Part shown: positions 1-9,050 of the stretch, piece by piece | Numbering within the stretch: position 1 is the stretch's first letter | Layout of the letters: every line of letters begins with the position of its first letter | Origin: Candidatus Falkowbacteria bacterium | GTDB taxonomy: Bacteria; Patescibacteriota; Patescibacteriia; CAIXNZ01 | Reading direction: 5' to 3' | Assembly (NCBI GenBank): GCA_963774955.1 | Contig: CAVZGV010000003.1 | Coordinates: forward strand, 128,771 to 192,770 | DNA: 64,000 nucleotides | Notes under the pieces: generated by a model | Databases searched by the model: none | Seen by the model: only the letters and a program-made list of their open reading frames with translations | What the model was told of the DNA's origin: nothing | Program-made: the position numbers and the translations under genes

Positions 1-1
1 T

Positions 2-214
2 TTTAACGGGCCATTGGGTAAAATAAAACTGGAATTTGTCAGTAAGCCGTTGGTGTTGTCAAAAAATGTTCATTACTCCAAAAGGATGGGGGATACGGCC
101 AAGGTAGATTACGTAACTTCGGATACCGAGAAGACTAATACGCTTTTCGCTTACAAATGGAATCCAGCCGGTGAAATTTGGGAAGAAATAAACGCCGCCT
201 CATTTGATCAATAG
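2..214 (+). CDS. 3' end of a CDS entering from upstream of the window; hypothetical protein fragment
   Basis: Frame stays open back to position 2 (the annotated M at 14 is a TTG). No recognisable motif. Confidence 0.3.
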   Translation, partial: FNGPLGKIKLEFVSKPLVLSKNVHYSKRMGDTAKVDYVTSDTEKTNTLFAYKWNPAGEIWEEINAASFDQ

Positions 215-262
215 TTTTTACATAAGTTTTTAGTTTTTAATTATTAGTTTTTAGCTATTTTT

Positions 263-601
263 ATGTTTTGGTCCAAAGAAGTTAATAAAAAAGAAATTAT
301 CAATTGGGGCTTAGGCGGCGCTTTAGCCGAAATTGCTTATGTCCTGATGATCGCGTTATTAATCCAAGGCCTGAATAATGTTATGACCCAGGCTTCTCCA
401 ATTTTAAGCATTGCCTTTTTTCTGTTGCTTCTGGTCTTTAGCGTGGCTATGTCCGGCATTTTAGTCTTTGGTTATCCGGCTTATCTGGTTTATCAGAAAA
501 AAATCAAAGAGGCGATGGCAACTTTGCTGGTAACCTTTATTACCTTTATAGTCGGATTTGCGGTTTTAATTCCAATAATTTATTTTATTTCTAAATATTA
601 A
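263..601 (+). CDS. small integral membrane protein, unknown function
   Basis: Intact 112-aa ORF with about 3 hydrophobic helices. Confidence 0.45.
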   Translation: MFWSKEVNKKEIINWGLGGALAEIAYVLMIALLIQGLNNVMTQASPILSIAFFLLLLVFSVAMSGILVFGYPAYLVYQKKIKEAMATLLVTFITFIVGFAVLIPIIYFISKY

Positions 602-611
602 TAAAAAAATC

Positions 612-1358
612 ATGGAGCTTTTTATTTTCTTGGTAGTCGTCTTCGGAATTTTGATCTTAAGCTTTTTACGCCAGATCAACCAGTATGAGCGTGGGGTTAT
701 GTTTACTATGGGTCGTTATTCAGGTACTAAAAATCCTGGCTGGCGTATAGTAATCCCGATTTTTCAGAGCCTGCGTAAAGTGGATATGCGTTTAAAAGCG
801 GTTGATGTGCCTGATCAGGAGGCGATTACCAAAGACAATGTATCGTGCCAAATTAATGCAGTAATTTATTACAGAGTTTCGGATTCTGCCAAAGCAATAA
901 TTGAAGTGGAGAATTTTTATTACGCTGTTTCTCAATTAGCTCAGACTACAATGCGTAATGTTGTCGGCGCGGTTTCTTTGGATGAATTATTATCTCAAAG
1001 AGATCAGGTCTCTGAAAGAATTAAGGAATTAGTTGATAAGGCCAGCGATCCCTGGGGAATTGATGTCCAATCTGTTGAATTAAAAGATATTGTTTTACCT
1101 GAAAGCATGAAAAGAACCATGGCCAAACAGGCTGAAGCTGAAAGAGAAAAAAGAGCTGTTATTATCAATTCTGAAGGTGAGGTTTTGGCCGCTGAAAATA
1201 TTTCCAAAGCAGCTCAAACGCTTGCAGCTGCACCTGGCGCTTTACATTTGAGGACTTTAAATTCAATTAATGATATTTCTTCAGATCAATCTAATACTAT
1301 TGTTTTTGCCGTTCCTTTGGAAGTTTTAAGGGCAATTGAAGGAATGAGTAAAAAATAG
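612..1358 (+). CDS. SPFH/band-7 (stomatin/prohibitin-like) membrane protein
   Basis: N-terminal TM helix followed by an SPFH core (YYRVSD...VENFYYAVSQLAQTTMRNVVG...ELLSQRDQVSERI) and a C-terminal coiled coil. Confidence 0.8.
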   Translation: MELFIFLVVVFGILILSFLRQINQYERGVMFTMGRYSGTKNPGWRIVIPIFQSLRKVDMRLKAVDVPDQEAITKDNVSCQINAVIYYRVSDSAKAIIEVENFYYAVSQLAQTTMRNVVGAVSLDELLSQRDQVSERIKELVDKASDPWGIDVQSVELKDIVLPESMKRTMAKQAEAEREKRAVIINSEGEVLAAENISKAAQTLAAAPGALHLRTLNSINDISSDQSNTIVFAVPLEVLRAIEGMSKK

Positions 1359-1460
1359 AAGTTGCAAGTATATTACAAAGAAGCTCCTCTTTCGGAGCTT
1401 CTTTAGTTTTGGGGATATATTTTCCTTTTATTTGTGCCTAAAATTTGCTAAAATATATGT

Positions 1461-3260
1461 ATGTTAGACTTAACGCGCTGGAAAAATAAGAAGAAAGTCC
1501 CGGGCAGTAAAAGCTTGGAACCCAGAATTAAGGTATTAGCCATTTGTTTGGTTCTTTTTGGCTTATTAATCATTGGTAAGTTGTTTGATTTTCAGGTTTT
1601 AAAGTTTGAATTTTACGCAGCTTTGGCCTCTGACCAACATGAAGTGTATAAGAAGCTTTTTCCGGCCCGAGGTTCAATCTATGTCAAAGATAAGGGTAGC
1701 TCGATCTTGGCAGCTGAAGAAAATTTGTATCCTTTAAGTATTAATAAAGATTATAATTTGGTTTATGGCCAGCCTAAATTTTTAGAACAAAGCCCTGAGG
1801 ATGTGGCAACTTTATTGGCGCCTATTTTAGAGCCTGACCAGATAAAACGCGAGGAATTAATCAAGGAATTAGTGGCTAAATTATCTAAAACAGATGATCC
1901 TTATGAACCGTTAGTTCATAAAGTCGAGGATAGCCAGGCTGAATTGATTAATAATCTCAAACTTAAGGGGATTAAAACTTCCAAGGAAACATTCAGATAT
2001 TATCCGGAAAATAATATTGGCGCCAATATTTTAGGCTATGTCGGCTTTGCTGATGACGGTACCAGAAAAGGTTATTATGGAATTGAAGGCTATTTTAATA
2101 AAGAATTGGCCGGCAGACAGGGTGAAATTCAGTCAGAAAAAGATATTACTGGGACCTTGATATCAGTGGGTGAAAGAAAATTTGTTCAGGCCAAAGACGG
2201 AGATGATATTGTTTTGACTATTGATAAAACTGTGCAATTTGAAGTCTGCAGTCAGTTGAATCAGCACGCTAAAGTGGTGGAAGCTGACAGTGCGGCAGCT
2301 ATAGTCATGAATCCGCAAACTGGTGAAATTATTGCCATGTGTTCCTGGCCTGATTTTGACCCCAATGATTATGGTAAAGTCACTAACCCTGCTGATTTTA
2401 AGAATTTGGCGGTTTATGATGCCTATGAGCCCGGTTCGATTTTTAAACCTATAACCATGGCAGCTGCACTGGATTTGGGCAAGATAACACCCGAAACAAC
2501 CTTTATTGATGAAGGTGAAGTAAAAATTGATGAATTTACTATCCGCAATTCTGATAAACGGGCTCACGGTAAAATGACCATGACTCAAGTTTTGGAAAAT
2601 TCTTTAAACTTGGGTACTATTTTCGCTATGCGCCAGATGGATCATAAAGATTTTCGCAGATACGTAGAAAAATTCGGGTTTGGCAAAGAAACCGGTATCG
2701 AACTGCTTGAAAGTGAAGGAAATATTGCCGCCATGCAAAAAAAGAGTGAGATCTTTTTTGCTACCGCTTCATTTGGCCAGGGGATAACGGCTACGCCCCT
2801 GCAGATGGTTCAGGCCTTTTCAGCCATTGCTAATGGTGGTAAACTGGTGAAACCTTATATTGTTGAAGAGATCAGGAAAACCGAAGGTATTGTCATTAAA
2901 ACAGAAAGACCCGAGCCGATTCAGATAATATCTTCAAGGACTGCGACGCTCCTAACCGGTATGCTGGTTTCTGTTATCAAAAATGGTCAGGGTAAAAAGG
3001 CGGCAGTGCCCGGGTATTATATGGCCGGCAAATCCGGTACGGCTCAAATAGCCAATTATGAAGCCGGCGGTTATTATGCCAATAAAACCAATCATTCATT
3101 TATCGGCTTTGCCCCGATTCGTGATCCGGCTTTTGTCATGATTATCAAATTTGAAAATCCTAAAAAAGGAAGCTTTGCTGAAAGTACCACTATGCCTGTT
3201 TTTTCACGTATCTCCAAATTTTTGTTGGATTATTATCATGTGGTACCGGATGATATCTAA
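1461..3260 (+). CDS. ftsI: class B penicillin-binding protein (FtsI/PBP2-type transpeptidase)
   Basis: N-terminal TM anchor and transpeptidase motifs SIFKP (SxxK), SxN region and KSGT (GKSGTAQ). Lies next to murF in dcw-like order. PBP2 versus PBP3 cannot be resolved by eye. Confidence 0.8.
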   Translation: MLDLTRWKNKKKVPGSKSLEPRIKVLAICLVLFGLLIIGKLFDFQVLKFEFYAALASDQHEVYKKLFPARGSIYVKDKGSSILAAEENLYPLSINKDYNLVYGQPKFLEQSPEDVATLLAPILEPDQIKREELIKELVAKLSKTDDPYEPLVHKVEDSQAELINNLKLKGIKTSKETFRYYPENNIGANILGYVGFADDGTRKGYYGIEGYFNKELAGRQGEIQSEKDITGTLISVGERKFVQAKDGDDIVLTIDKTVQFEVCSQLNQHAKVVEADSAAAIVMNPQTGEIIAMCSWPDFDPNDYGKVTNPADFKNLAVYDAYEPGSIFKPITMAAALDLGKITPETTFIDEGEVKIDEFTIRNSDKRAHGKMTMTQVLENSLNLGTIFAMRQMDHKDFRRYVEKFGFGKETGIELLESEGNIAAMQKKSEIFFATASFGQGITATPLQMVQAFSAIANGGKLVKPYIVEEIRKTEGIVIKTERPEPIQIISSRTATLLTGMLVSVIKNGQGKKAAVPGYYMAGKSGTAQIANYEAGGYYANKTNHSFIGFAPIRDPAFVMIIKFENPKKGSFAESTTMPVFSRISKFLLDYYHVVPDDI

Positions 3261-3339
3261 CCAGCTTTGAGCATTGAGCTTTGTGTTTAGAGCTTTTGCC
3301 CTAAGCCCATAGCCCTAAGCTTTAAGCCATTATTTAAAT

Positions 3340-4725
3340 ATGAATCAACGAAATATGTCCGCCAAAGGCGGATCCGCCTCTGGCGGAAAAAAAATACTTC
3401 AAAACATCTTGCGCGATCTAGCCGGAAAAATCTTGAGTTATTTTGCGCGGAAAATTTTGCAAAAATATAAACCGGAAATTGTGGGCATTACCGGCAGTGT
3501 CGGCAAAACTTCAGCTAAAGAGGCGATTTATGCTGTTTTGTCGTCTCAATTTAATGTGCGTCAGAATATTAAAAGCTATAATAATGAAATCGGCACGCCG
3601 TTGACTATAATTGGAGAAGAAACAGGCGGCCGGTCAATTTTCAAATGGCTTAAGGTTTTTTATACTGTTTTTAAATTATTGATAATTAAGGCTAATAATT
3701 ATCCACGGATTTTGGTCCTGGAAATGGGTGCTGATAAAGTCGGTGATATTGAATATCTGGTTAAATTAGCCCCGCCTAAAATCGGGGTTTTAACTGCTAT
3801 AACCGAATCCCATTTGCATATGTTTAAGGACCTAAAGGGAGTTTTAAAGGAAAAGGAAAAGATTGTTACAACCTTACCAAAGGAAGCTGCTGCCTTGCTC
3901 AACGCCGATGATGAATATGTTATGAGTGTGAAAAATAAAATTAAAGCCCGCGTTTTGACTTATGGTTTTGGCGACGAGTCTAATATCAAAGCCGGCGAGA
4001 TTTTATTTACCGGCTTGGAACAGGATTTTTGCGAGACTCAGTATGACTGGGAATGTAAAACCTGGGGTACAAATTTTAAAGTAACTTATAATGGCTCATC
4101 CGTGCCGGTATTTTTACCGCATTGTTTCGGCAAACAGCAGGCTTATGCGGCTTTGGCCGGAATTGCGGCTGGCTTGGTTTATAAAATGAATCTGGTTGAT
4201 ATTGCCGATGCTTTAAAGGAATTTCAGCCGCCTAAAGGCAGAATGAATTTGATTGCCGGGATTAAATATACCCTGATTGTAGATGATACCTATAATTCAT
4301 CTCCGGTGGCGGCTAAGGCAGCGTTGGAAATGTTACAGTCAATAAATTTACCGGCTGGTAAAAGAAAAATCGCTGTTTTGGGAGATATGCTGGAATTAGG
4401 TGACCGCTCAGAATCAGCTCATAGGGAGATAGGATTTAAAGTAGTTGAGTATGGACTTGATAATCTGGTGGCAGTTGGCAAAGAAGCGAAATTAATAGCC
4501 GAGGCAGCCAAAGAAGCCGGCATGCCGGCGGAAAATGTTGAATATTTTGAGGACCGAGATAAGGCCGGTATTTATGTCCAGAATTTGATTGAGAAAGGCG
4601 ATTTGATTTTGGTCAAAGGTTCTCAAGGTATAAGAATGGAAAAAATTGTTCTGGAAATTATGGCAGAGCCTTTAAAGGCAGGGGAGTTGTTGGTCAGGCA
4701 GACAGGGGAATGGCTTAATAAATAA
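3340..4725 (+). CDS. murF: UDP-N-acetylmuramoyl-tripeptide--D-alanyl-D-alanine ligase (MurF), short N-terminus
   Basis: Mur-ligase P-loop ITGSVGKTS, DDTYNSSP (E. coli DDSYNANV) and C-terminal GDMLELG. The first 14 codons are encoded by the double-hairpin repeat cassette. Confidence 0.85.
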   Translation: MNQRNMSAKGGSASGGKKILQNILRDLAGKILSYFARKILQKYKPEIVGITGSVGKTSAKEAIYAVLSSQFNVRQNIKSYNNEIGTPLTIIGEETGGRSIFKWLKVFYTVFKLLIIKANNYPRILVLEMGADKVGDIEYLVKLAPPKIGVLTAITESHLHMFKDLKGVLKEKEKIVTTLPKEAAALLNADDEYVMSVKNKIKARVLTYGFGDESNIKAGEILFTGLEQDFCETQYDWECKTWGTNFKVTYNGSSVPVFLPHCFGKQQAYAALAGIAAGLVYKMNLVDIADALKEFQPPKGRMNLIAGIKYTLIVDDTYNSSPVAAKAALEMLQSINLPAGKRKIAVLGDMLELGDRSESAHREIGFKVVEYGLDNLVAVGKEAKLIAEAAKEAGMPAENVEYFEDRDKAGIYVQNLIEKGDLILVKGSQGIRMEKIVLEIMAEPLKAGELLVRQTGEWLNK

Positions 4726-4940
4726 GTCTAAAGTTTAAAGTCTAAAGTCTGAAGTTTGGAAAATTATTTTAAGGCTTGAAATTTTTTTATTTTAGTGTAA
4801 GATATAACAATATTCAATAACCAATAACTCAATAATCAAACAATAATTAATACCGAATAAGAAAATGTTTTTTTAAATTTTGTTATTTGGTATTTAGATT
4901 TGTTTGGAGCTTGAGATTTGGTTATTGGTTATTAAAGCTA

Positions 4941-5013
4941 GGGCCTCTTCGTCTAGTGGCTAGGACGCATGGTTCTCATCCATGTAACAGGGGTTCGATT
5001 CCCCTAGGGGCTA
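4941..5013 (+). tRNA. tRNA-Glu (anticodon CUC)
   Basis: Hand-folded cloverleaf: acceptor GGCCTCT/AGGGGCT (2 G-U pairs), D arm GTC-TAGTGGCTAG-GAC, anticodon arm CATGG-TTCTCAT-CCATG, T arm AGGGG-TTCGATT-CCCCT. Aligns to E. coli tRNA-Glu. Confidence 0.75.
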
Positions 5014-5027
5014 TTATAAAAAGTTCT

Positions 5028-5094
5028 TCCGCCATAGGCGGACCCGCCTCTGGCGGGCATCCTGGTAATAGGGGTTCGATTCCCCTTGGCGGTA
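5028..5094 (+). ncRNA. degenerate tRNA-like element (tRNA 3'-half copy fused to a double GC hairpin)
   Basis: T arm identical to tRNA-Glu (AGGGGTTCGATTCCCCT). Acceptor-like pairing TCCGCCA/TGGCGGT. Only about 67 nt, with the D and anticodon arms replaced by two 6-bp hairpins (TCCGCC-ATA-GGCGGA, CCCGCC-TCT-GGCGGG). Confidence 0.3.
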
Positions 5095-5146
5095 TTAGCA
5101 ATATTTACTCTCAGACTCAAGGGTCTTTTTTTGTTTATTTGTAGCT

Positions 5147-5181
5147 TGACAAATGTGGTTTTTTTTGTTAAGTTTAGTTGA
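5147..5181 (+). promoter_or_regulatory. candidate sigma70-like promoter for the island operon (TTGACA-17-TAAGTT)
   Basis: TTGACA at 5147-5152 and a weak -10 after 17 nt. Followed by the nested hairpin at 5240-5270 and RBS AAGGGAGG. Confidence 0.3.
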
Positions 5182-5290
5182 TTCCCTGAAGAAGGGAAGA
5201 ATTTTGTTTTTTGATAAAAAAATAAGGATTTCAAAGACAACCCACCTACGCTCCTTTGGAGCTATGGTGGGTAAAAGGGAGGACAAGAAA

Positions 5291-5743
5291 ATGCCGTGTA
5301 ACATTGGTTATCGGGTGTATGCTCCGATCAAGATTCCGGCCCCAGTGCCCCAGGAATTCAAAAGCAGGACTGAGGCGCCGAAAATTGACGCTGAGCTTCT
5401 GGACAGATTAGGGGAATCAGATCCCGTATTCTGTGAGTGGCTCAAAGCCTTGGATATTAAACCTTTGCTGCAGCAGGCCCTGGAACGGGCTTTGACTAAA
5501 GTAAAAATTACCAAGACTCTGAAAGTTCAGATTTCTGATGCTGGCTATCTGGAGGCACAGGCCAGTTTTATTGGCGAGGCGCAAAAAGCCAAGCTGGAAA
5601 AATTGTCCGGCCAGGTCGCTTCCCAGTTTCAACTGGAAGTCATGAAAATGATTGCTGAGCTTTTGGACTATGAGACAGCCGTGACCGAAGATAAAAACGG
5701 CGGCTGGGTAATCGAAGGAGAAAAAAATGAGCAACGTTCATAA
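5291..5743 (+). CDS. hypothetical protein (island gene 1), helical
   Basis: Strong RBS AAAGGGAGG then ATG at 5291; the track ORF 5153..5743 extends upstream via an alternative start. Stop overlaps the next start (ATGA), indicating coupling. Confidence 0.5.
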   Translation: MPCNIGYRVYAPIKIPAPVPQEFKSRTEAPKIDAELLDRLGESDPVFCEWLKALDIKPLLQQALERALTKVKITKTLKVQISDAGYLEAQASFIGEAQKAKLEKLSGQVASQFQLEVMKMIAELLDYETAVTEDKNGGWVIEGEKNEQRS

Positions 5744-5960
5744 GTATCTGAAGATCAGCAAAAGTCCTGACGGGAAAGACGGCCTGGAATTTGAACATTT
5801 TGAAAGTCAGGAAGCTGCTGACCAGGAACAGGACAGGTTTGTTGCCTTGGCTCAGGCGCTGGGTCTGGAAATCAAAGTCAGCAAAGCCAGAAAAGGCGGA
5901 CAGCCGATTGCCGGCAATACAGTCCATAAGGATTTTCTACCCGGTCGCAATCGGACTTAA
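5727..5960 (+). CDS. hypothetical small protein (island gene 2)
   Basis: RBS GAAGGAG, 77 aa. Overlaps the upstream stop and sits 12 nt before the AAA gene. Confidence 0.45.
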   Translation: MSNVHKYLKISKSPDGKDGLEFEHFESQEAADQEQDRFVALAQALGLEIKVSKARKGGQPIAGNTVHKDFLPGRNRT

Positions 5961-5972
5961 GAGGAGAAGACA

Positions 5973-7928
5973 ATGACAGCGAAGAAAAAAGAAAGGTTTG
6001 AACCGGAGAATGCATTGCCGCTCGTGCCCATCTGGCTGAGCGAACAAATTATCTGTCCGTTTCAGTCGGGCATTGCCTCAGTTTTTCTGCTTCATGGCGA
6101 TATCGGAGGCCTGGTGGCTAATCCGGACAGGGAAGACGATCCGGATGAAGACAAATACATTACGCTGCCCGAATTTTTCCAGAGGATTTTTTCCGAAAGG
6201 GAAATGGTCATCTTCTATGACATCGCCAACGGTCTGCGCTTTTTGACGCCGGAAATGAAAAATATTTTCCGGCAAAAAGTCGGACTGGACAGCGCACCGA
6301 CAGGTTCTGCTGACGCAATTGCCGCGGCCAAAGCCCAGCTTAAGGCCAAACAGGCTCTGCCGCGTGATGTGGAAAGCTGCCTGCCCCTGATTGATAAGGT
6401 TTTGAAAACCATGAACAATGTGGCAGTCATTATCCAATCGGCTCATTTTATTGCGCCGACTTCAAGTGGTGTGGCCTTACCGCCTAACGAACGGGTTAAT
6501 ATTGAAACGCTGCGCAACTGGATTCAGTCTGCCAATATCAGGAAAAGTAAAAATGTGGTTTTGCTGCTGACTGACCAGTCGGCCAAAGTGAGCTCGGAAC
6601 TGCGGCAAAGCGGTTCGGAACTGATCACGGTTTTTATTCCCAAACCCAATTTTCAGGAACGGCTGGACTTTATCCAGTCAATCGCAGTCAACGCCGAGCA
6701 GGCGGAAGCTTTATTTAAGAGGCTGAGAGAGCACGAAAGCAAACTGAAAGGGCTGGGGCCGGCCTCATCCAAACGAGCTACTCTTGAATCTGAAGTTAAT
6801 GAGATTCAGGAAGCGCTCGATGAGCTCCCGATCGCCATCGATCTGCCCAAGGACTTTGATTCCAAATCCATGGCAGTGGCCACGCAAGGCATGAATCTGC
6901 GTCAGATCCGGGATATTTTCCTGGAAAGCTCCAAAAGCGGCAAAGCCATTGACCTGGATTATGTCCGCCGTAGAAAGCAGGATATTCTCAATAGCGAATA
7001 CGGGGATGTCATGGAAGTCGTGGAACCTAAACGCGGATTGGAAGACATCGGCGGCATGGAACACATCAAGGTTTATTTTTCTCGCGTGCTGTCAGCCATT
7101 CGCCAGGGTGAATCCCGGCTGGTACCTATGGGTATCACGCTGATGGGTCCGCCGGGTACTGGCAAAACAGCCTTGGTTGAAGCTCTGGCTTTTGAGGCCA
7201 AGTTCACTTTTGTTAAAACCAAAAGCATTCGTTCCATGTGGGTCGGCGAATCCGAAGCCCGTCAGGAAAAACTGATTTGGGGTTTGCGCGCTCTGGCGCC
7301 GGTCGTGGTCATGAATGACGAGGCTGATTTGAACGAAGCCAACCGCGACGCGCCCAAAGGCGATTCCGGAGTTTCCGAACGCCTGATGAAGATGTGGATG
7401 GAACTGCTGTCAGATCCGAAAATCCGTGGCCAGATCATTGTCATCAACTGCACCAACCGGCCTGACCGGATTGACGCGGCGCTCAAGCGCAGTGGACGCA
7501 GTGATGAAAGATTGCTTTTGCCCATGCCTTCACAGGCTGAGCGGGAAGCAATTTTTCAGGTGATGATCAAGCGGCATCAGATTCCGACCAGTTTGAAGGA
7601 GTTTTCGGGCTTTGCCCAAAGCACCTCTGACCTGTCCGGAGCTGATCTGGAAAACGTGGTCCTTCGCGCTTACAGCTTTGCAGCTGAAAAGGGTAAAAAG
7701 GTCATTGACGAAGAATGCCTGCAGGAGGCGATCAGGGATTTTATTCCCAGCGCCAGTCAGGAAGCGATTGACCGGATGACTTTGTACGGCTTGTCTGAAT
7801 GTTCTTCGCGCCGGCTTTTGCCTCCCAATGCCAAGGAAATCCTGATCAAGATCATGCAGCGTCGGCTGGTGCCTGAACAGGACGAAATCGTCGCGCTGAT
7901 CAAATCACGCAAGATCGTGGAGTTGTAA
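5973..7928 (+). CDS. two-domain classical AAA ATPase: degenerate N-terminal domain plus active CDC48/FtsH-clade domain
   Basis: Walker A GPPGTGKT, SxWVGESE, Walker B MNDEADL, second region of homology TNRPDRIDAALKRSGRSDERL. The N-terminal half has a P-loop-less relic VFLLHGDIGG. Confidence 0.85.
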   Translation: MTAKKKERFEPENALPLVPIWLSEQIICPFQSGIASVFLLHGDIGGLVANPDREDDPDEDKYITLPEFFQRIFSEREMVIFYDIANGLRFLTPEMKNIFRQKVGLDSAPTGSADAIAAAKAQLKAKQALPRDVESCLPLIDKVLKTMNNVAVIIQSAHFIAPTSSGVALPPNERVNIETLRNWIQSANIRKSKNVVLLLTDQSAKVSSELRQSGSELITVFIPKPNFQERLDFIQSIAVNAEQAEALFKRLREHESKLKGLGPASSKRATLESEVNEIQEALDELPIAIDLPKDFDSKSMAVATQGMNLRQIRDIFLESSKSGKAIDLDYVRRRKQDILNSEYGDVMEVVEPKRGLEDIGGMEHIKVYFSRVLSAIRQGESRLVPMGITLMGPPGTGKTALVEALAFEAKFTFVKTKSIRSMWVGESEARQEKLIWGLRALAPVVVMNDEADLNEANRDAPKGDSGVSERLMKMWMELLSDPKIRGQIIVINCTNRPDRIDAALKRSGRSDERLLLPMPSQAEREAIFQVMIKRHQIPTSLKEFSGFAQSTSDLSGADLENVVLRAYSFAAEKGKKVIDEECLQEAIRDFIPSASQEAIDRMTLYGLSECSSRRLLPPNAKEILIKIMQRRLVPEQDEIVALIKSRKIVEL

Positions 7929-7937
7929 AGGACGAAA

Positions 7938-7979
7938 GCCCCGCACCTCCCGCGTCGCGGGATGGTGCGGGGTTTTCTC
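7938..7979 (+). terminator. nested GC hairpin plus U-run between the AAA and vWA genes (attenuator or partial terminator)
   Basis: CCCCGCACC-[TCCCGCG T CGCGGGA]-GGTGCGGGG followed by TTTTCTC. Confidence 0.5.
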
Positions 7980-8010
7980 AGCATTAATCGGTAAACAAAG
8001 GAGGTAGAAA

Positions 8011-9030
8011 ATGGGTGGTCCTTCAGGTAAGTTTTATGACAGGGATGTGAGTGATAGAAGTAGCCGGACATCAAGCGGTACTTCTCAGGTTTCTGAAGAA
8101 GCCATGTCCCGCTCAAGAGTTGATGCCTCGCTTTTGCCCAAGGGACGGGAATTGGTCTGCAATGCCAAAAGTCCTTTGGTCTATGCTTTTGACGTAACCG
8201 GTTCAATGGGTAATTTGCCCAAGATCATTTATGACAAGATGCCCATGATTGCCGGACAGCTGGTGGAACAGGGTTATCTTGATGATCCCATGATCAGTAT
8301 TGCCGCTGTCGGCGACATCGAGTCGGATCTGGCACCTATTCAGATCGCGGATTTTTCTTTGATCCGCGCCCTGGATACCTGGCTGCAGAAGATCTGGCTG
8401 GAAGGCAATGGCGGCGGACAGGCCAAAGAATCTTATGAATTTACGGCCTATTTCTACGCCAGAATGTTCAAGATGCCCAAGGCAGTCACGCCATTTTTCC
8501 TCTTTACCGGAGACGAAGGTTTTCGGGAGGAATTGCTGGTCAATGACCTGAAAGCCCATTTTGGTGGAGAACATCAGAAAGTCAGCGCCTTTACCATTTT
8601 CGAGGAGCTCAAGAAGAAGTTCTTCGGCAATGTCTATCTGATCCATCGGAAATATGAGCGTTCGGAAAATGCCAGCATCGTCAGACAGTGGCAGGAAGCT
8701 CTGGGCAAAGAACGGGTGATTGATCTGCCCGAGGATCTGGCCATTGCCGATCTTACTCTGGGGCTTTTCGCAGTCACCGTCGGCGGTCGTACCCTGAAAG
8801 ATTACCTCAAGGAAATGAAGGAGAGGGAACAGACCGAAGACCGTATCAAGAAAGTCGGCAAGGCTCTGGAAGTCGTGGCCAGTCTGGCCAAGTCAAAGCC
8901 GGCTGACGCAGACGAGGAAAAAAATTCCGCGGCTGATGATGACGACGATAACAAGCCGACCAAGTCGGACAAACCAAAGCCGACTGATAAAAAGAAAAAA
9001 CCCGGCGGGAAAAAGCCCGGCCGGTTCTAA
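8011..9030 (+). CDS. von Willebrand factor A (vWA) domain protein with a charged low-complexity tail
   Basis: MIDAS motif in LVYAFDVTGSMGN (DxTGS). C-terminal D-rich then K/P-rich tail. RBS AAAGGAGG. Confidence 0.7.
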   Translation: MGGPSGKFYDRDVSDRSSRTSSGTSQVSEEAMSRSRVDASLLPKGRELVCNAKSPLVYAFDVTGSMGNLPKIIYDKMPMIAGQLVEQGYLDDPMISIAAVGDIESDLAPIQIADFSLIRALDTWLQKIWLEGNGGGQAKESYEFTAYFYARMFKMPKAVTPFFLFTGDEGFREELLVNDLKAHFGGEHQKVSAFTIFEELKKKFFGNVYLIHRKYERSENASIVRQWQEALGKERVIDLPEDLAIADLTLGLFAVTVGGRTLKDYLKEMKEREQTEDRIKKVGKALEVVASLAKSKPADADEEKNSAADDDDDNKPTKSDKPKPTDKKKKPGGKKPGRF

Positions 9031-9050
9031 GCTCTAAATTTTAGAGACTC

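Noticed and set aside
2163-2588. 141-aa minus-strand ORF inside the PBP gene, and similar antisense ORFs (1004..1207, 3699..3902, 6078..6446, 36319..36600, 47712..48014 and others)
   Set aside because: These are antisense to well-supported long genes, with no RBS or motifs.
5028-5094. Calling the second tRNA-like element a functional tRNA-Arg(UCU) via a CCCG-CCTCTGG-CGGG arm
   Set aside because: It would need C33 instead of U33 and a 4-nt D loop. The total length is about 67 nt. A degenerate or remnant element is the more conservative reading.
5153-5290. Upstream 46 codons of track ORF 5153..5743
   Set aside because: This part is AT-rich, and it overlaps the candidate promoter and the nested hairpin. 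The RBS AAAGGGAGG sits right before ATG 5291.
4887-5304. Track ORFs 4887..5144 (+), 5004..5240 (-) and 5095..5304 (-) across the tRNA region
   Set aside because: They overlap tRNA-Glu and the tRNA-like element. The NRGSIPLG repeats are just the duplicated T arm translated. No RBS.
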